Origin: Bryobacterales bacterium
GTDB taxonomy: Bacteria > Acidobacteriota > Terriglobia > Bryobacterales > UBA6623
Length of the DNA: 64,000 nucleotides
Assembly: GCA_965207035.1 (NCBI GenBank)
Contig: OZ242259.1
Location: 586,111-650,110 of the forward strand
Reading direction: 5' to 3'
Part shown: positions 20,002 to 29,951 of the stretch, in pieces
Position numbering within the stretch: the first letter of the stretch is position 1
Layout: each line of letters opens with the position of its first letter
Notes under the pieces: model-generated
Database searches by the model: none
Seen by the model: the letters and a program-made list of their open reading frames with translations, nothing else
Told to the model about the DNA's origin: nothing
Made by a program: the position numbers and the translations under genes

Positions 20002-20090
20002 GGTTGTCTTTCTGGTTGCGCCCCTCTGCCATATTCTTTCACGTTACGGTTCCAGACGCTGGGCATGGGGTACTCTGGTGAAAATACCCG

Positions 20091-23039
20091 ATGGAGACGC
20101 TCTCGGCGGCAGGCGAAAGGGAACGAGTTGCGGCCTTGCTCGAGACCTTGGGCAAGCGCGTTCCCGAGAGCGCTGTGGCTAGAATCCCTCGGCTCTTGGA
20201 GGTGCTTCCGGATCCCGTCGGAGCGCTTCAGCGCCTCGATCAGTACTATCGCCGACGGTCGCACAAAGCAAGCTCCAAGGACTTTGAGGCTAATGCGATC
20301 TACGCTGCGCTCACAGTCTTTGGCAACAGCCGGTATTTGTCGAACATGCTGTTGAACTCGCCGGGCCTGTTGCAATGGGCTCTCGACTCGCAAAACCTTG
20401 AACGAACGATACCGCCGGGGGAACTCCGCTCCGATCTGGGATCGTTCCCTGTCGACGCGAACGATGAACAGGCAGCCATGCTGCTCGCGCGATTCAAGGG
20501 CAGGCACATGCTGCGAATTGCCCTCCGGGACCTACTCTCTGTTGCTCCGTTAGCTGACACGGCTCTCGAACTGTCGACCTTGGCGGACACGGTCATACAA
20601 GGTGCACACGACCATATCCGTCAACAGCTCGTCAAGCGCTTGGGACGGCCGCTTTGCCCGACGGAGTCGGGGATGATGCTTTGCAACTTCACGGTTGTTG
20701 CGCTGGGCAAGCTTGGCGGAAGTGAACTGAACTACAGTTCAGACATCGACCTGATGTACCTACACACGGGAAGCGGCCAGACTTCGGGCCCGATTGTCAT
20801 CTCGAACAAGGATTTCACCGGCCAGCTGGCCATGCGACTCACAAGCCTGCTGTCCATGGTTACCCCCGAGGGCTTCAGCTATCGGGTCGACTTGCGATTG
20901 CGGCCCGAGGGGAGTGCCGGAGAGCTGGTCGTGCCGCTATCGAGTGCTGCTCAGTATTACTTGAATCGGGCACGGGACTGGGAGTTGCAGATGCTCATCA
21001 AGGCGAGGCCGGTGGCTGGGGACCTACACCTGGGCCGCAGGTTTCTGGAGATCGTCTCGCCTCAGATCTACAAGACTTCCACAGACTTTTCACAGATCGA
21101 ACGCTTGGCGGAAACTCGAGACCGCATGCAAGAGCAACGCCGCAGGCATGGTCGGACGAGCCTCGATGTCAAGCTGGACCTTGGAGGCATCCGAGACATC
21201 GAGTTTCTTGTCCAGTGCTTGCAGAGACTGTACGGCGGTCAAGACCGATTCCTCCGTAGTGGCGGGACGATGTACGCCTTGCATCGACTCCGGGAGAAAG
21301 GGCATCTCGGGACGGGCGACTACGGGGCGTTGTTCAGCGCGTACAGGTATCTGCGCAAGGTCGAGCACTACTTGCAACTCATGGACAACAAGCAGACCCA
21401 CGAATTGCCCAAGGACGCCGCATCCCTCCGCCGTTTGGCGTTGCAGATGGGAATGCGCTCTGGCAGCAGCCACCACGGGGCCCTTGAAGCGGCCATCAAG
21501 AAACGCTATGAGGCGGTAGCTGAGATCTACGACCGAGTGATTCGCAGCCAGCGTCCGCCAATTCCGAAGGCCACTCCAAGGGGAGCAAGCGCCCTGGCTG
21601 CACCGGCCGCGCCCAAGAGTGCCCGGGATGAACCGGTGGTGTCGGCTGTCTGGCGTGTCCACTTGCCGCGCCTCAGGCGTGCTTCGCCCGAACTGGCGTC
21701 AAGCTTCGAGACGCTGAGCCTCCGGTGGGGGAACCGCGCGTTGGAGCATTTCCTCGAACGGGTGGTCGGAATGCCCAAAGCGCTTGAGATTCTGGTGAGT
21801 CGTCGCGAGCTCGTGCCGTCTATTGCTGAACTCATGGAATATAGTCCGCACTTCGCCGGGTATCTGTTGCGGTTCCCCGAGGACGCTGCAGTGATCGCGC
21901 CCGCGAACGGAAGTTTGCAGGACGATCGCGCTGGGGGTTCCCAGGCCGGTGGAGGCGCGATGCCGCCGGAGGTGCGCTCGATTCTTGATGCCAATCTTGG
22001 TCCGGACGATGCGGCAGCGGAACTGAGGAAGTTCTTCCGTCGGGCGATGCTTGCCATTCAGACCCGGAGCATCTGCCAGGGCGAAGACGTTTTCCGAACC
22101 CTGTTGAGCGCGAGCGACCTGGCGGAGTGTATTCTTCGGGCCGCTCATGCCCTGGCTCTACGCGAAGTGCTTGACATCCCTTCTGAACAGGCCGAAATGC
22201 CGGACGCCGTCCGGATCATCGCGCTGGGTCGATTGGGGATGCGCGAATTCGATCTCGGATCGGATGCTGATGTCGTGTTCGTGATTCCCGACAAGGAGGC
22301 GTCTAGACGGGCAAAGTGGACGCAGGTGGTCAATCGAATCATCGACATTGTCAGTAGCTATACCGCGGAGGGCCAGATGTTCAGCATCGACACACGGTTA
22401 CGTCCCCTTGGTCGAGATGGCGAACTGGTTCAAACCGAGAAGCAATTCCTCACGTATCTTGCTGGTCGCGCGGAATCCTGGGAGGCGCTCACCTACATGA
22501 AGGCTCGGACGGTGGCAGGGGACGCGGACGCGGGGGAAGGTTTCTTGGCCCGCCTGCAGGAAGTGCTGTGGCAGCACTTTGCGCATCGCGAGGAACTTGG
22601 ATCCCTGCTCGCCCGAATGCGGGCTCGCATCGAAGCGGAGCAAGGAGAGGCTAAGCCCCTCAAGTCGGGGCGTGGGGGGTACTACGATATTGACTTCATT
22701 CTCATGTATTGGCGTCTGCTGCATGCGGAGTCGTTCTATGCATCGCTGAACACGCCGCAGCGAATCGAGATCATCCGAAAGACCAGTCCCGAGCACGGGG
22801 CCGACCTTGACGTCTTGCTCAGGACTACGAGGATTCTTCGGTCACTGGATCACGGGACAAGATTGTCCAAGGGCACTTCGTCACACGCGCTGCCCCCCAC
22901 GGAATGGCAGCGCGAACTGCTGGCGGAACTCGTGGCGAGATGGCTTCCAGCGGAAGACAGAGCCACGCCGCTCGCGGAACTGGTTGAGTCCGCTAGCAGG
23001 GCCGCCCGTGAAGTGTTCAACGAGGCGTTTCGCGCCTAG
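20091..23039 (+). CDS. glnE: bifunctional glutamine synthetase adenylyltransferase/adenylyl-removing enzyme
   Basis: Two nucleotidyltransferase halves are present: VALGKLGGSELNYSSDIDLMYL and IALGRLGMREFDLGSDADVVFV. Length is 982 aa. Confidence 0.9.
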   Translation: METLSAAGERERVAALLETLGKRVPESAVARIPRLLEVLPDPVGALQRLDQYYRRRSHKASSKDFEANAIYAALTVFGNSRYLSNMLLNSPGLLQWALDSQNLERTIPPGELRSDLGSFPVDANDEQAAMLLARFKGRHMLRIALRDLLSVAPLADTALELSTLADTVIQGAHDHIRQQLVKRLGRPLCPTESGMMLCNFTVVALGKLGGSELNYSSDIDLMYLHTGSGQTSGPIVISNKDFTGQLAMRLTSLLSMVTPEGFSYRVDLRLRPEGSAGELVVPLSSAAQYYLNRARDWELQMLIKARPVAGDLHLGRRFLEIVSPQIYKTSTDFSQIERLAETRDRMQEQRRRHGRTSLDVKLDLGGIRDIEFLVQCLQRLYGGQDRFLRSGGTMYALHRLREKGHLGTGDYGALFSAYRYLRKVEHYLQLMDNKQTHELPKDAASLRRLALQMGMRSGSSHHGALEAAIKKRYEAVAEIYDRVIRSQRPPIPKATPRGASALAAPAAPKSARDEPVVSAVWRVHLPRLRRASPELASSFETLSLRWGNRALEHFLERVVGMPKALEILVSRRELVPSIAELMEYSPHFAGYLLRFPEDAAVIAPANGSLQDDRAGGSQAGGGAMPPEVRSILDANLGPDDAAAELRKFFRRAMLAIQTRSICQGEDVFRTLLSASDLAECILRAAHALALREVLDIPSEQAEMPDAVRIIALGRLGMREFDLGSDADVVFVIPDKEASRRAKWTQVVNRIIDIVSSYTAEGQMFSIDTRLRPLGRDGELVQTEKQFLTYLAGRAESWEALTYMKARTVAGDADAGEGFLARLQEVLWQHFAHREELGSLLARMRARIEAEQGEAKPLKSGRGGYYDIDFILMYWRLLHAESFYASLNTPQRIEIIRKTSPEHGADLDVLLRTTRILRSLDHGTRLSKGTSSHALPPTEWQRELLAELVARWLPAEDRATPLAELVESASRAAREVFNEAFRA

Positions 23040-23072
23040 GCCAAGGGCGAACCGCGCCCGCCCGTGTGGAAT

Positions 23073-23160
23073 GGCTCTGACCAAGCAGCAGATCGGCGTC
23101 GTTCGCCGTTGCGACAGGGTGGTTGTGCAGTCCGACTCGGATCGGGTATGTCAACGGCTT
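23073..23160 (+). pseudogene. ghost fragment of the dnaG Toprim-coding segment
   Basis: About 80% nt identity by hand alignment (one 3-nt indel) to 24779-24870 inside dnaG. It translates as ALTKQQIGVVRRCDRVVVQSDSDR against DnaG ALTTQQIGVIRRHCDTVVVNFDSDR. Confidence 0.6.
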
Positions 23161-23229
23161 GGCGATCCGGGCAGGCGGCTCCCGAGGCCGGCTTCCCGGG
23201 CGCACGTGATCCGGTACAATGACTCCGTT

Positions 23230-23889
23230 ATGAGAACCGTTTTTTCCACGGTATGCTGTGCCGTCTTGCTTGCGGTGCCCGCAGTTGGTGCCGATGACGG
23301 GTGGGTCGAACTCTGGGATGGTTCGACCTTCTCCGGCTGGAAGTTGAGCACAGACAATCCGTCCACATTCAAGATCGTTGACGGTGCGATCGTGGCCCAG
23401 GGGCCGCGCGCGCACCTCTTTTACGCGGGTGAAGTCAACGGAGGTGTTTTCCGCGACTTCGAACTCAAGGTCGACGTCCTCGCGAAAAACAATTCGAACG
23501 GTGGGATCTACTTCCATACGGATTTTCAGGAGACCGGGTGGCCACGGAAGGGATTCGAGGTGCAGGTCAACAACACATTCCAGCGCGATCCGCGCAAGAG
23601 TGGCGGTCTTTACGGTGTCTCCGACAACCTAATCGCGCCCGTGGGGGATGACGAATGGTTCGAGGAGCACATCGTCGTGCGCGGGAACACCGTCAAGATC
23701 TACGTCAACGGCCATCTGATCACGAATTGGGTTCAGCCCGAGGACTGGGATGGACTCCGCCCTCTGCCGAACGGAAGAGGGCAGAGTTTCCCTGAGCGCA
23801 AGCTCAGCTCGGGCACGATCGCGCTCCAGGGCCATGATCCCAACAGCGTGGTGATGTACAAGAACATCCGCATCAAAGTCCTCGACTAG
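23230..23889 (+). CDS. DUF1080 domain protein (3-keto-disaccharide hydrolase-like, exported)
   Basis: ATG 23230 gives the signal MRTVFSTVCCAVLLAVPAVGA. This is followed by GWVELWDGSTFSGWKL... and ...GTIALQGHDPNSVVMYKNIRIKVL, the DUF1080 hallmarks. The track ORF start at 22807 is rejected. Confidence 0.75.
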   Translation: MRTVFSTVCCAVLLAVPAVGADDGWVELWDGSTFSGWKLSTDNPSTFKIVDGAIVAQGPRAHLFYAGEVNGGVFRDFELKVDVLAKNNSNGGIYFHTDFQETGWPRKGFEVQVNNTFQRDPRKSGGLYGVSDNLIAPVGDDEWFEEHIVVRGNTVKIYVNGHLITNWVQPEDWDGLRPLPNGRGQSFPERKLSSGTIALQGHDPNSVVMYKNIRIKVLD

Positions 23890-23929
23890 AGGCGTCGCTC
23901 GCGACGCCCGTCGGCAAGTATGGCGTCTC

Positions 23930-25684
23930 ATGGATTTTGCGCAGGAGGTCAAGGCAGCGGCTGACATCGTCACCGTAGTGGGGACGCATGTCCGCCTGCG
24001 CCAGCAGGGCGGGAATCGTTTCATCGGGCTTTGTCCGTTCCATTCGGAGAAGACTCCATCGTTCACGGTTCATGGAGGATTGCAGTTCTACAAGTGCTTC
24101 GGCTGCGGCAAGAGTGGCGATGTATTCAGCTTCCTGATGGAAATCCAGGGCCTGAGCTTTGTCGAGTCACTCAGGGTTCTTGCGGCGCAACAAGGTCGGT
24201 CCATGCCGCAGGCCGGCAAGGGGCCGGGGCTTGACGCGGGAGCGCGCAAGCGTGAGCAGTTGTTGCGAATACACGCCCTGGCGCAAGAGTTTTTCGTCTC
24301 TCAGTTGCGTTCGGCAACTGGCGCCAGTGCCATGCGATACTTGCGGGCCCGCGGAATCGGAAAACCCGAAATCGACGAGTTTGGCCTCGGCTACGCGCCT
24401 CCGAGGCAGGGACTGAAGGAGCATTTCAAGAACCGCGGGCTCAAGCGCGGCGACGTGCGTGATTCCGGACTGATCGGAGAGTCAGAGAAGGACCGGTCCC
24501 TGTACGACCGATTTCGTGACCGATTGATGTTCCCTATTCATTCGGACATGGGCAAGCTGATCGGTTACGGGGGCCGCATCTTGGATCCTGACAAACAGCC
24601 AAAATACCTGAATTCGCCGGAAACGCCGATCTACCGGAAGCATGCTGTGCTCTATAACCTCCATCGGGCACGAACGGCCATGCGTCAGAGCAGTCGCGTG
24701 GTGCTGGTTGAAGGCTATATGGACGTGATCGGTGTTTGGAAGGCGGGTATCCGAAATGCGGTCGCCACATGCGGAACGGCGCTGACAACTCAACAGATCG
24801 GCGTCATTCGCCGCCATTGCGACACGGTGGTCGTGAACTTCGACTCGGATCGGGCGGGTCAGGCGGCCGCGGAGCGGTCGGTTGAGTTGCTCTTGCGCGA
24901 AGGAATGAATGTGCGTGTGCTTGAGCTTCCAGGTGGATTGGACCCGGATGAGTTTTGCAGCCAGCATGGCGCCGAGGAGTATCGACGCCAACTGGACCGC
25001 GCCCCGCGTTTCTTTCACTGGCTGCTGGACCGGTCCCGGCAGCAGTTCGACCTCGCCACGGCCGAGGGCCGCACTGCGGTCTTCGAGAAGCTGCTGCCGT
25101 CTGTGATCCTGCTGCCGGAGGCGGTCCAGCGAGCCACCACGGTCGTTGAGCTGGCGGAGCACATCGGGCTTCCACAGGGTGTGGCGCTGAATCGCCTGCG
25201 ATCCGCGACGAATCAAGGCGAGCGGACTGCCGACCGCGGAACGCCCCAGCCCGACGGCCTATCCCCCGGGGAACGCCTGCTTGTCGTCTTGCTCGCAAAC
25301 GATGGCCAGGCGCGGAGGGAATTGCTGGAAGAGGCTCACGATCTCGCATCGGGTGCCCTTTCGAGCCAGAGAATCCTAGCCGCAATGCGGGCCGTCGAGA
25401 ATTCGGGTGACGGGTACCACCATTCGGCAGTGGAAGGACGGCTCGAGGATGAGGACAGGGAACGGCTCGCGCGCTTGGTGCTGGACGGTGACCGGCCCGT
25501 ACCGACCATTGACGAGGGCAGGGAAGCGCTCACCGCCTTGCGCCTCAAAGTCACCCGCGACCGCTATCGAGATCTGCTGCGAGGCATCGCGGAGGCCGAG
25601 CGTTTGGGAGACAAAGGCAAGCTGGCGGAAATGCTGGGCCAAATCAAGCGGATGGAACCGGACCTGGGTCTCGTTGAGCGCTAG
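23930..25684 (+). CDS. dnaG: DNA primase
   Basis: Zinc-binding CPFHSEKTPSFTV...YKCFGCGKSGDVFSFL. Toprim block VLVEGYMDVIG...VVNFDSDRAGQ. Confidence 0.92.
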   Translation: MDFAQEVKAAADIVTVVGTHVRLRQQGGNRFIGLCPFHSEKTPSFTVHGGLQFYKCFGCGKSGDVFSFLMEIQGLSFVESLRVLAAQQGRSMPQAGKGPGLDAGARKREQLLRIHALAQEFFVSQLRSATGASAMRYLRARGIGKPEIDEFGLGYAPPRQGLKEHFKNRGLKRGDVRDSGLIGESEKDRSLYDRFRDRLMFPIHSDMGKLIGYGGRILDPDKQPKYLNSPETPIYRKHAVLYNLHRARTAMRQSSRVVLVEGYMDVIGVWKAGIRNAVATCGTALTTQQIGVIRRHCDTVVVNFDSDRAGQAAAERSVELLLREGMNVRVLELPGGLDPDEFCSQHGAEEYRRQLDRAPRFFHWLLDRSRQQFDLATAEGRTAVFEKLLPSVILLPEAVQRATTVVELAEHIGLPQGVALNRLRSATNQGERTADRGTPQPDGLSPGERLLVVLLANDGQARRELLEEAHDLASGALSSQRILAAMRAVENSGDGYHHSAVEGRLEDEDRERLARLVLDGDRPVPTIDEGREALTALRLKVTRDRYRDLLRGIAEAERLGDKGKLAEMLGQIKRMEPDLGLVER

Positions 25685-25844
25685 ATCAACGAAGCGCGAT
25701 CGCTATCCGATCGACGCACGAATTCTCAGGCGGGAGAACTTGAGAGCGCCCTCAGGGATCAAACCTTCGGCGCCTGTCCGTGTCGGCGGCACGCATTTGG
25801 TCCGTGGATCTGAGCCGGAATCATCCCGCCTTCGATCTCTCCGC

Positions 25845-27173
25845 TCATGAGGCGGTATCTGCAACCGCAGCCCGAGAAAGAGCCGGCTCCCGCGATTCGG
25901 TCCCGGCGTGTCTGGTGACACCTGGGGTTGCTTCTCCCCCGGCCTTGCGCAGAAGCCGTCTTTCGCGATGATCAAGATCCTTTGAAGGGGCGTGGATCTG
26001 TGCGCTACGAGTCATTTCAAGGGCGGTTTGGAGGTCCTTCTCCTTGTGCTCGTAGTGCTTGGCAAGCTGCTCGAAGGCCGAGGCTCGATATGGGTTGGCG
26101 ACACGGGACAGGTCTCGCAGCAGTCGGACTTGGATTCCGCGGTTTCCGGCCTGCCCCTCAAGGCAAGCAGATTCCCAAATGGAAGCAAATACGCAGCGCG
26201 GAGGGAGCCCCGCACGGATCGCCTTGCGATAAAGATGAAGGGCGTCCTCTCGGTCGCCGTTCTTCCGCATCCAGCGTGCCAGGCCGAGCATGTCTTCCGC
26301 GTGCCGGAAGGCTGTTTCGCCAGGCTCGGCGAAGGCTGGCATGAGGACTGCCCCTAGGCACGCCAGGGAGACCAGGTCCAGTATGTTGTGACTGAACACG
26401 GGCCGCAGCCCGGCGGGGTTCCCTGTGCGTAGGAAGTTGAAATACCGGTGTGGAATCAGTGCTCCCGCGACATCGTCGTGGCGCTCAAACCCGAGCACCT
26501 CCGATTCCAGAGTGCCCATCCGGCAGTTACTCATCCTCTCGCTCCATATGCGACGAGCTGGATGGAGCAGATCGACATGGAGAAGTCTTCCCATAGGGCT
26601 GGCCTGGCGCTTCAGCCTGTAGCGGGTCTCAAGGAGCGGGACATCATACGATTTGCCGTTGTACGTGATGAGTGCGTCGTAGTGGTTCAAGCATTCCGAG
26701 AGTGCGTCCAGCATGGCCGACTCCTCGTCGTAGTCGCGCATGAAGAAGAGTCGCACGCGAAAGCCGTCGGTCTCGATCGTCCCCACACCAACCAGGAATG
26801 CGCACGTCCCCGTTCCACCCGCCAGCCCGGTAGTCTCGGTATCGAGGAACGCCCAGTGCCTTGGGCCAATAGGCTGCGCTTCGCTGTCGGAAATGTTTGT
26901 CAGCCAGTTCCCTGGAATCAACTGCAGATCACCAACCCGGATGTTGCCATGCATGCGGTCGTTCGGGACCATGTGCTCTTGCATCAAGAAGCGGCCTAGG
27001 GAGCCTTGGCGCTCTTTACCCTCGAGGTGAAACTCTCCGTGACGGGATGATGCAGACGGCCGCTCCCGTGGCGCGGCGTCTCCCGCCGGTTCACGGTTGT
27101 CAATCGCACGCTCGGCCGCAACGTTGATGCGCCGTCGCAACTGGTCGATGTCTCCTTGGGTTATGCGTCGCAT
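25845..27173 (-). CDS. RNase H-fold (DnaQ-like) exonuclease with C-terminal TPR-like region, MrfB/YprB-like
   Basis: WAFLDTETTGLAGGTGTCAFLVGVG is an exonuclease motif I (DxE). There is a helical repeat tail. It lies 20 nt downstream of a DUF1998 helicase gene. Confidence 0.65.
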   Translation of the reverse strand: MRRITQGDIDQLRRRINVAAERAIDNREPAGDAAPRERPSASSRHGEFHLEGKERQGSLGRFLMQEHMVPNDRMHGNIRVGDLQLIPGNWLTNISDSEAQPIGPRHWAFLDTETTGLAGGTGTCAFLVGVGTIETDGFRVRLFFMRDYDEESAMLDALSECLNHYDALITYNGKSYDVPLLETRYRLKRQASPMGRLLHVDLLHPARRIWSERMSNCRMGTLESEVLGFERHDDVAGALIPHRYFNFLRTGNPAGLRPVFSHNILDLVSLACLGAVLMPAFAEPGETAFRHAEDMLGLARWMRKNGDREDALHLYRKAIRAGLPPRCVFASIWESACLEGQAGNRGIQVRLLRDLSRVANPYRASAFEQLAKHYEHKEKDLQTALEMTRSAQIHAPSKDLDHRERRLLRKAGGEATPGVTRHAGTESREPALSRAAVADTAS

Positions 27174-27193
27174 CTGGTCCTCGCTGCAAGCGG

Positions 27194-29572
27194 TCAGGCG
27201 GCTTCCTGTTGCTGATGCTCGGAGGTCAGCGCGGCCAGCAACTGGAGCGCCACATCCTTTGCTTTTTCGCCGACCTCACCAGGCGCTCCCACGCATCTAG
27301 GGCACCCGCCTGCACAACGGCACCCTTCGATGAGTTCACGAGCCATGCAAACGAGTGATCCACGCATCCGGAACAGTGGTTCGCTCTGGCCGATTCCACC
27401 CGGGAAGTTGTCATAGAGGAAGATCTCCGGACATAGCAATGCCTCGAATTCGTCCTTGCTGCTTGATGTTGATACTCCCAGATCACGCGGATCGCACATC
27501 AAGAGCACTGCCCCGACCGTGCGCAGCACGTTCCCGAGCCCCACGAGTCCATCGCGGGTCTCGGTCGTCGTGTAGGGCAGGGAAGCGAGCGAAGCCGCCG
27601 GGAACAGAAGCCAGAACGCTGTGGTGTGCATCTCCTGCTCCGGCATTGAGAGCTTGCCGTCGCCGACATTCTCATTGGTGTGAAAGCGAATCTTCTTGAA
27701 ACCGACGACTCGGCTTGTGATGCGGACTTCGCCGTGGCTTGCCAGCGAAGCTCCGAGAGAGTCATCATCGAAACCCTCAAGCCGCTCGACCTGGGTGTGT
27801 TCGACCGCATCCGTATAGTAGCCGCACTCGACCCTGCGGACGTACGCCTTGCGTTCCTTAAAGTCCAGACTGTCCACGTGGAACAGCTGGCCCTCGTGAA
27901 GATAGATCGCCTTTTCGTGCAGTGTCGTAAGAGCGGCCGGAAATGCGACCTCTCCGATTACCCTCGAGCCTCCGCTGATGTCAATCACGACGAAATTGTC
28001 ACTAGTGACCTTGCGGAGGCTGATGGCGTCCGCCGGATAGGCCTCCGATGTCCAGTGCCACGCCCCGCCGGCGTGGTGGAGAACCCCGGTTTCCTCCAGG
28101 AAGGCGCACATCTCGCCAGTGTCGTGCGGACCGAAGCGCTCGTCCTCGTGGATCGGCAGTTCGAACGCCGCGCATTTCAAGTGGCTAACCAGAATCTCGA
28201 GGTTGTCCGGATTCACATGCGCATGTTCGGGTGAGCCGTCGAAGAAGTACTCCGGGTGCTCGATTACGTACTGGTCGAGAGGGGCGGACGAAGCGACGAG
28301 AACAGTTACAGAAGCCGCGCTACGTCGTCCGGCCCGCCCGGCTCGCTGCCAGGTTGAAGCGATCGAGCCAGGGTATCCCGCCAGCACGACTGCGTCGAGC
28401 GAGCCGATGTCGATTCCGAGTTCCAGGGCATTGGTGGCTACGACTCCGTGAACCTCTCCGTCGCGGAGCTGGCGTTCGATCTCGCGCCTCTCCCGTGGAA
28501 GATAGCCGCCACGGTAGCCACGGACGGCTGCTACCCCGCCCGGGGGCCTGCCGACCGATTCCTTGAGGTATCGCGTGAGGATCTCGGTCACCAGGCGGCT
28601 GTTGGCGAATACAAGGGTCTGACGGCCTCGCTCGAGGAAGGACTCCGCCAGGCGCCGCGCCTCGTTGACGTAGCTGCGCCTGATGCCCAGCTGCGCGTTC
28701 ACGACGGGCGGGTTGTAGAAGACGAAGAACTTCTCTCCGCGCGGGGCTCCGTTGTCATCGACCAGCTCGAATTGCTCTTCGCAGAGGCTCTGGGCGAGCT
28801 CTTTGGGATTCGCGATGGTGGCCGAGCAGCAAATGAACTGGGGGTTGGAGCCGTAAAAGGCCGCGATGCGCTTGAGACGCCGCAAGACATTTGCCAGATG
28901 GCTTCCGAAGACGCCGCGGTAAGCGTGCAGCTCGTCAATGATCACGTACTGCAGGTGCTCGAAGAAGCGCGCCCAGCGAGTGTGGTGCGGCAGCACTCCG
29001 GAGTGAAGCATGTCGGGATTGCTGAGCACGACATTGGCGCGGCGCCGAATTGCCCTGCGGGCGTCGGATGGCGTGTCTCCGTCATACGTGAAGGCTCGGA
29101 TGTCGGAGCCAAGGGCGGCACCGAGGCTGTTGAACTCTTCGAGTTGGTCTACGGCCAGGGCCTTGGTCGGAAACAGGTAGAGCGCGCAGGCTGAAGGATC
29201 AGAGGCCAGCGCGTTCAGGACCGGCAAGTTGTAGCAAAGCGTCTTGCCACTGGCAGTCGGCGTGACGATAACGGCATGCTTTCCGCTCGCGATGCGGTCC
29301 CAGCTTTGGGCCTGATGCGAGTAGAGCGTCTCAATACCCTTGGATGCAAGCGCTTCACGCAGGCGGTCATCGATCGCTTTCGGGAAGTCAACCCAGCGTG
29401 CCTCGCGCGCCGGCAGCTTCCTGATCGTCGGGACTGGCGAATCAGTGCGTCGATGCATTGCCTCGAATCGCTCGATCATGCCATGGAGCGAGTTGTCGGG
29501 CGGAGAGATCGGCGCGAGGCCTTTTCGTCGACCCCGGACTGCTGGGTATTCTGGATCGAGGTTTTGATTCAT
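27194..29572 (-). CDS. DEAD/DEAH-box helicase with C-terminal DUF1998 zinc module, MrfA/YprA-like
   Basis: Helicase motifs VTPTASGKTLCYNLP, IIDELHAY, CSATIANP and AGRAGRR. The C-terminus has CRCAGGCPRCV, the four-Cys module of DUF1998. Confidence 0.8.
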   Translation of the reverse strand: MNQNLDPEYPAVRGRRKGLAPISPPDNSLHGMIERFEAMHRRTDSPVPTIRKLPAREARWVDFPKAIDDRLREALASKGIETLYSHQAQSWDRIASGKHAVIVTPTASGKTLCYNLPVLNALASDPSACALYLFPTKALAVDQLEEFNSLGAALGSDIRAFTYDGDTPSDARRAIRRRANVVLSNPDMLHSGVLPHHTRWARFFEHLQYVIIDELHAYRGVFGSHLANVLRRLKRIAAFYGSNPQFICCSATIANPKELAQSLCEEQFELVDDNGAPRGEKFFVFYNPPVVNAQLGIRRSYVNEARRLAESFLERGRQTLVFANSRLVTEILTRYLKESVGRPPGGVAAVRGYRGGYLPRERREIERQLRDGEVHGVVATNALELGIDIGSLDAVVLAGYPGSIASTWQRAGRAGRRSAASVTVLVASSAPLDQYVIEHPEYFFDGSPEHAHVNPDNLEILVSHLKCAAFELPIHEDERFGPHDTGEMCAFLEETGVLHHAGGAWHWTSEAYPADAISLRKVTSDNFVVIDISGGSRVIGEVAFPAALTTLHEKAIYLHEGQLFHVDSLDFKERKAYVRRVECGYYTDAVEHTQVERLEGFDDDSLGASLASHGEVRITSRVVGFKKIRFHTNENVGDGKLSMPEQEMHTTAFWLLFPAASLASLPYTTTETRDGLVGLGNVLRTVGAVLLMCDPRDLGVSTSSSKDEFEALLCPEIFLYDNFPGGIGQSEPLFRMRGSLVCMARELIEGCRCAGGCPRCVGAPGEVGEKAKDVALQLLAALTSEHQQQEAA

Positions 29573-29951
29573 GGATGTTGCCCCTGTTTGCGATTCAATT
29601 TCTACGATATTCGTGTTTTCAAATCAGTTTGTTCTTAATATATTCTCACACGGCCAGCATTGTAGTCAAGGCATCCTGCACGTCTCGGGGCGATCGACCT
29701 CCAATTTGCCGAGTCGATCCACGCGGCAGGTGCTGTTCGCCCAGCAGCCGGCCATCCCGGTAGATCACGGTTTGCCCAGATCGGGCTCGCCGTCGGCGCG
29801 ATCTAGTCGGATCGCAGCGTCAGCGTCGAGCCACCTCTGGTATCGCAATACGCGCGAATCGCGCAGGGGATTCTTGGATCTTTTTGAGAGGTTGGTTGCG
29901 ACGCTCCGGCCGGGTGCGCCATGGGGGCACTTCGGCGCTCGATCTGGTTGC

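Noticed and set aside
22807-23229. N-terminal extension of the DUF1080 ORF
   Set aside because: It overlaps the glnE 3' end and the intergenic region. A clean signal peptide starts at ATG 23230. The only meaningful content is the dnaG-like ghost fragment, which is reported separately.
29571-29951. N-terminal extension of the ThuA-like ORF
   Set aside because: It runs through the AT-rich divergent promoter region and has no protein-like features. The ThuA homology begins after about 30080.
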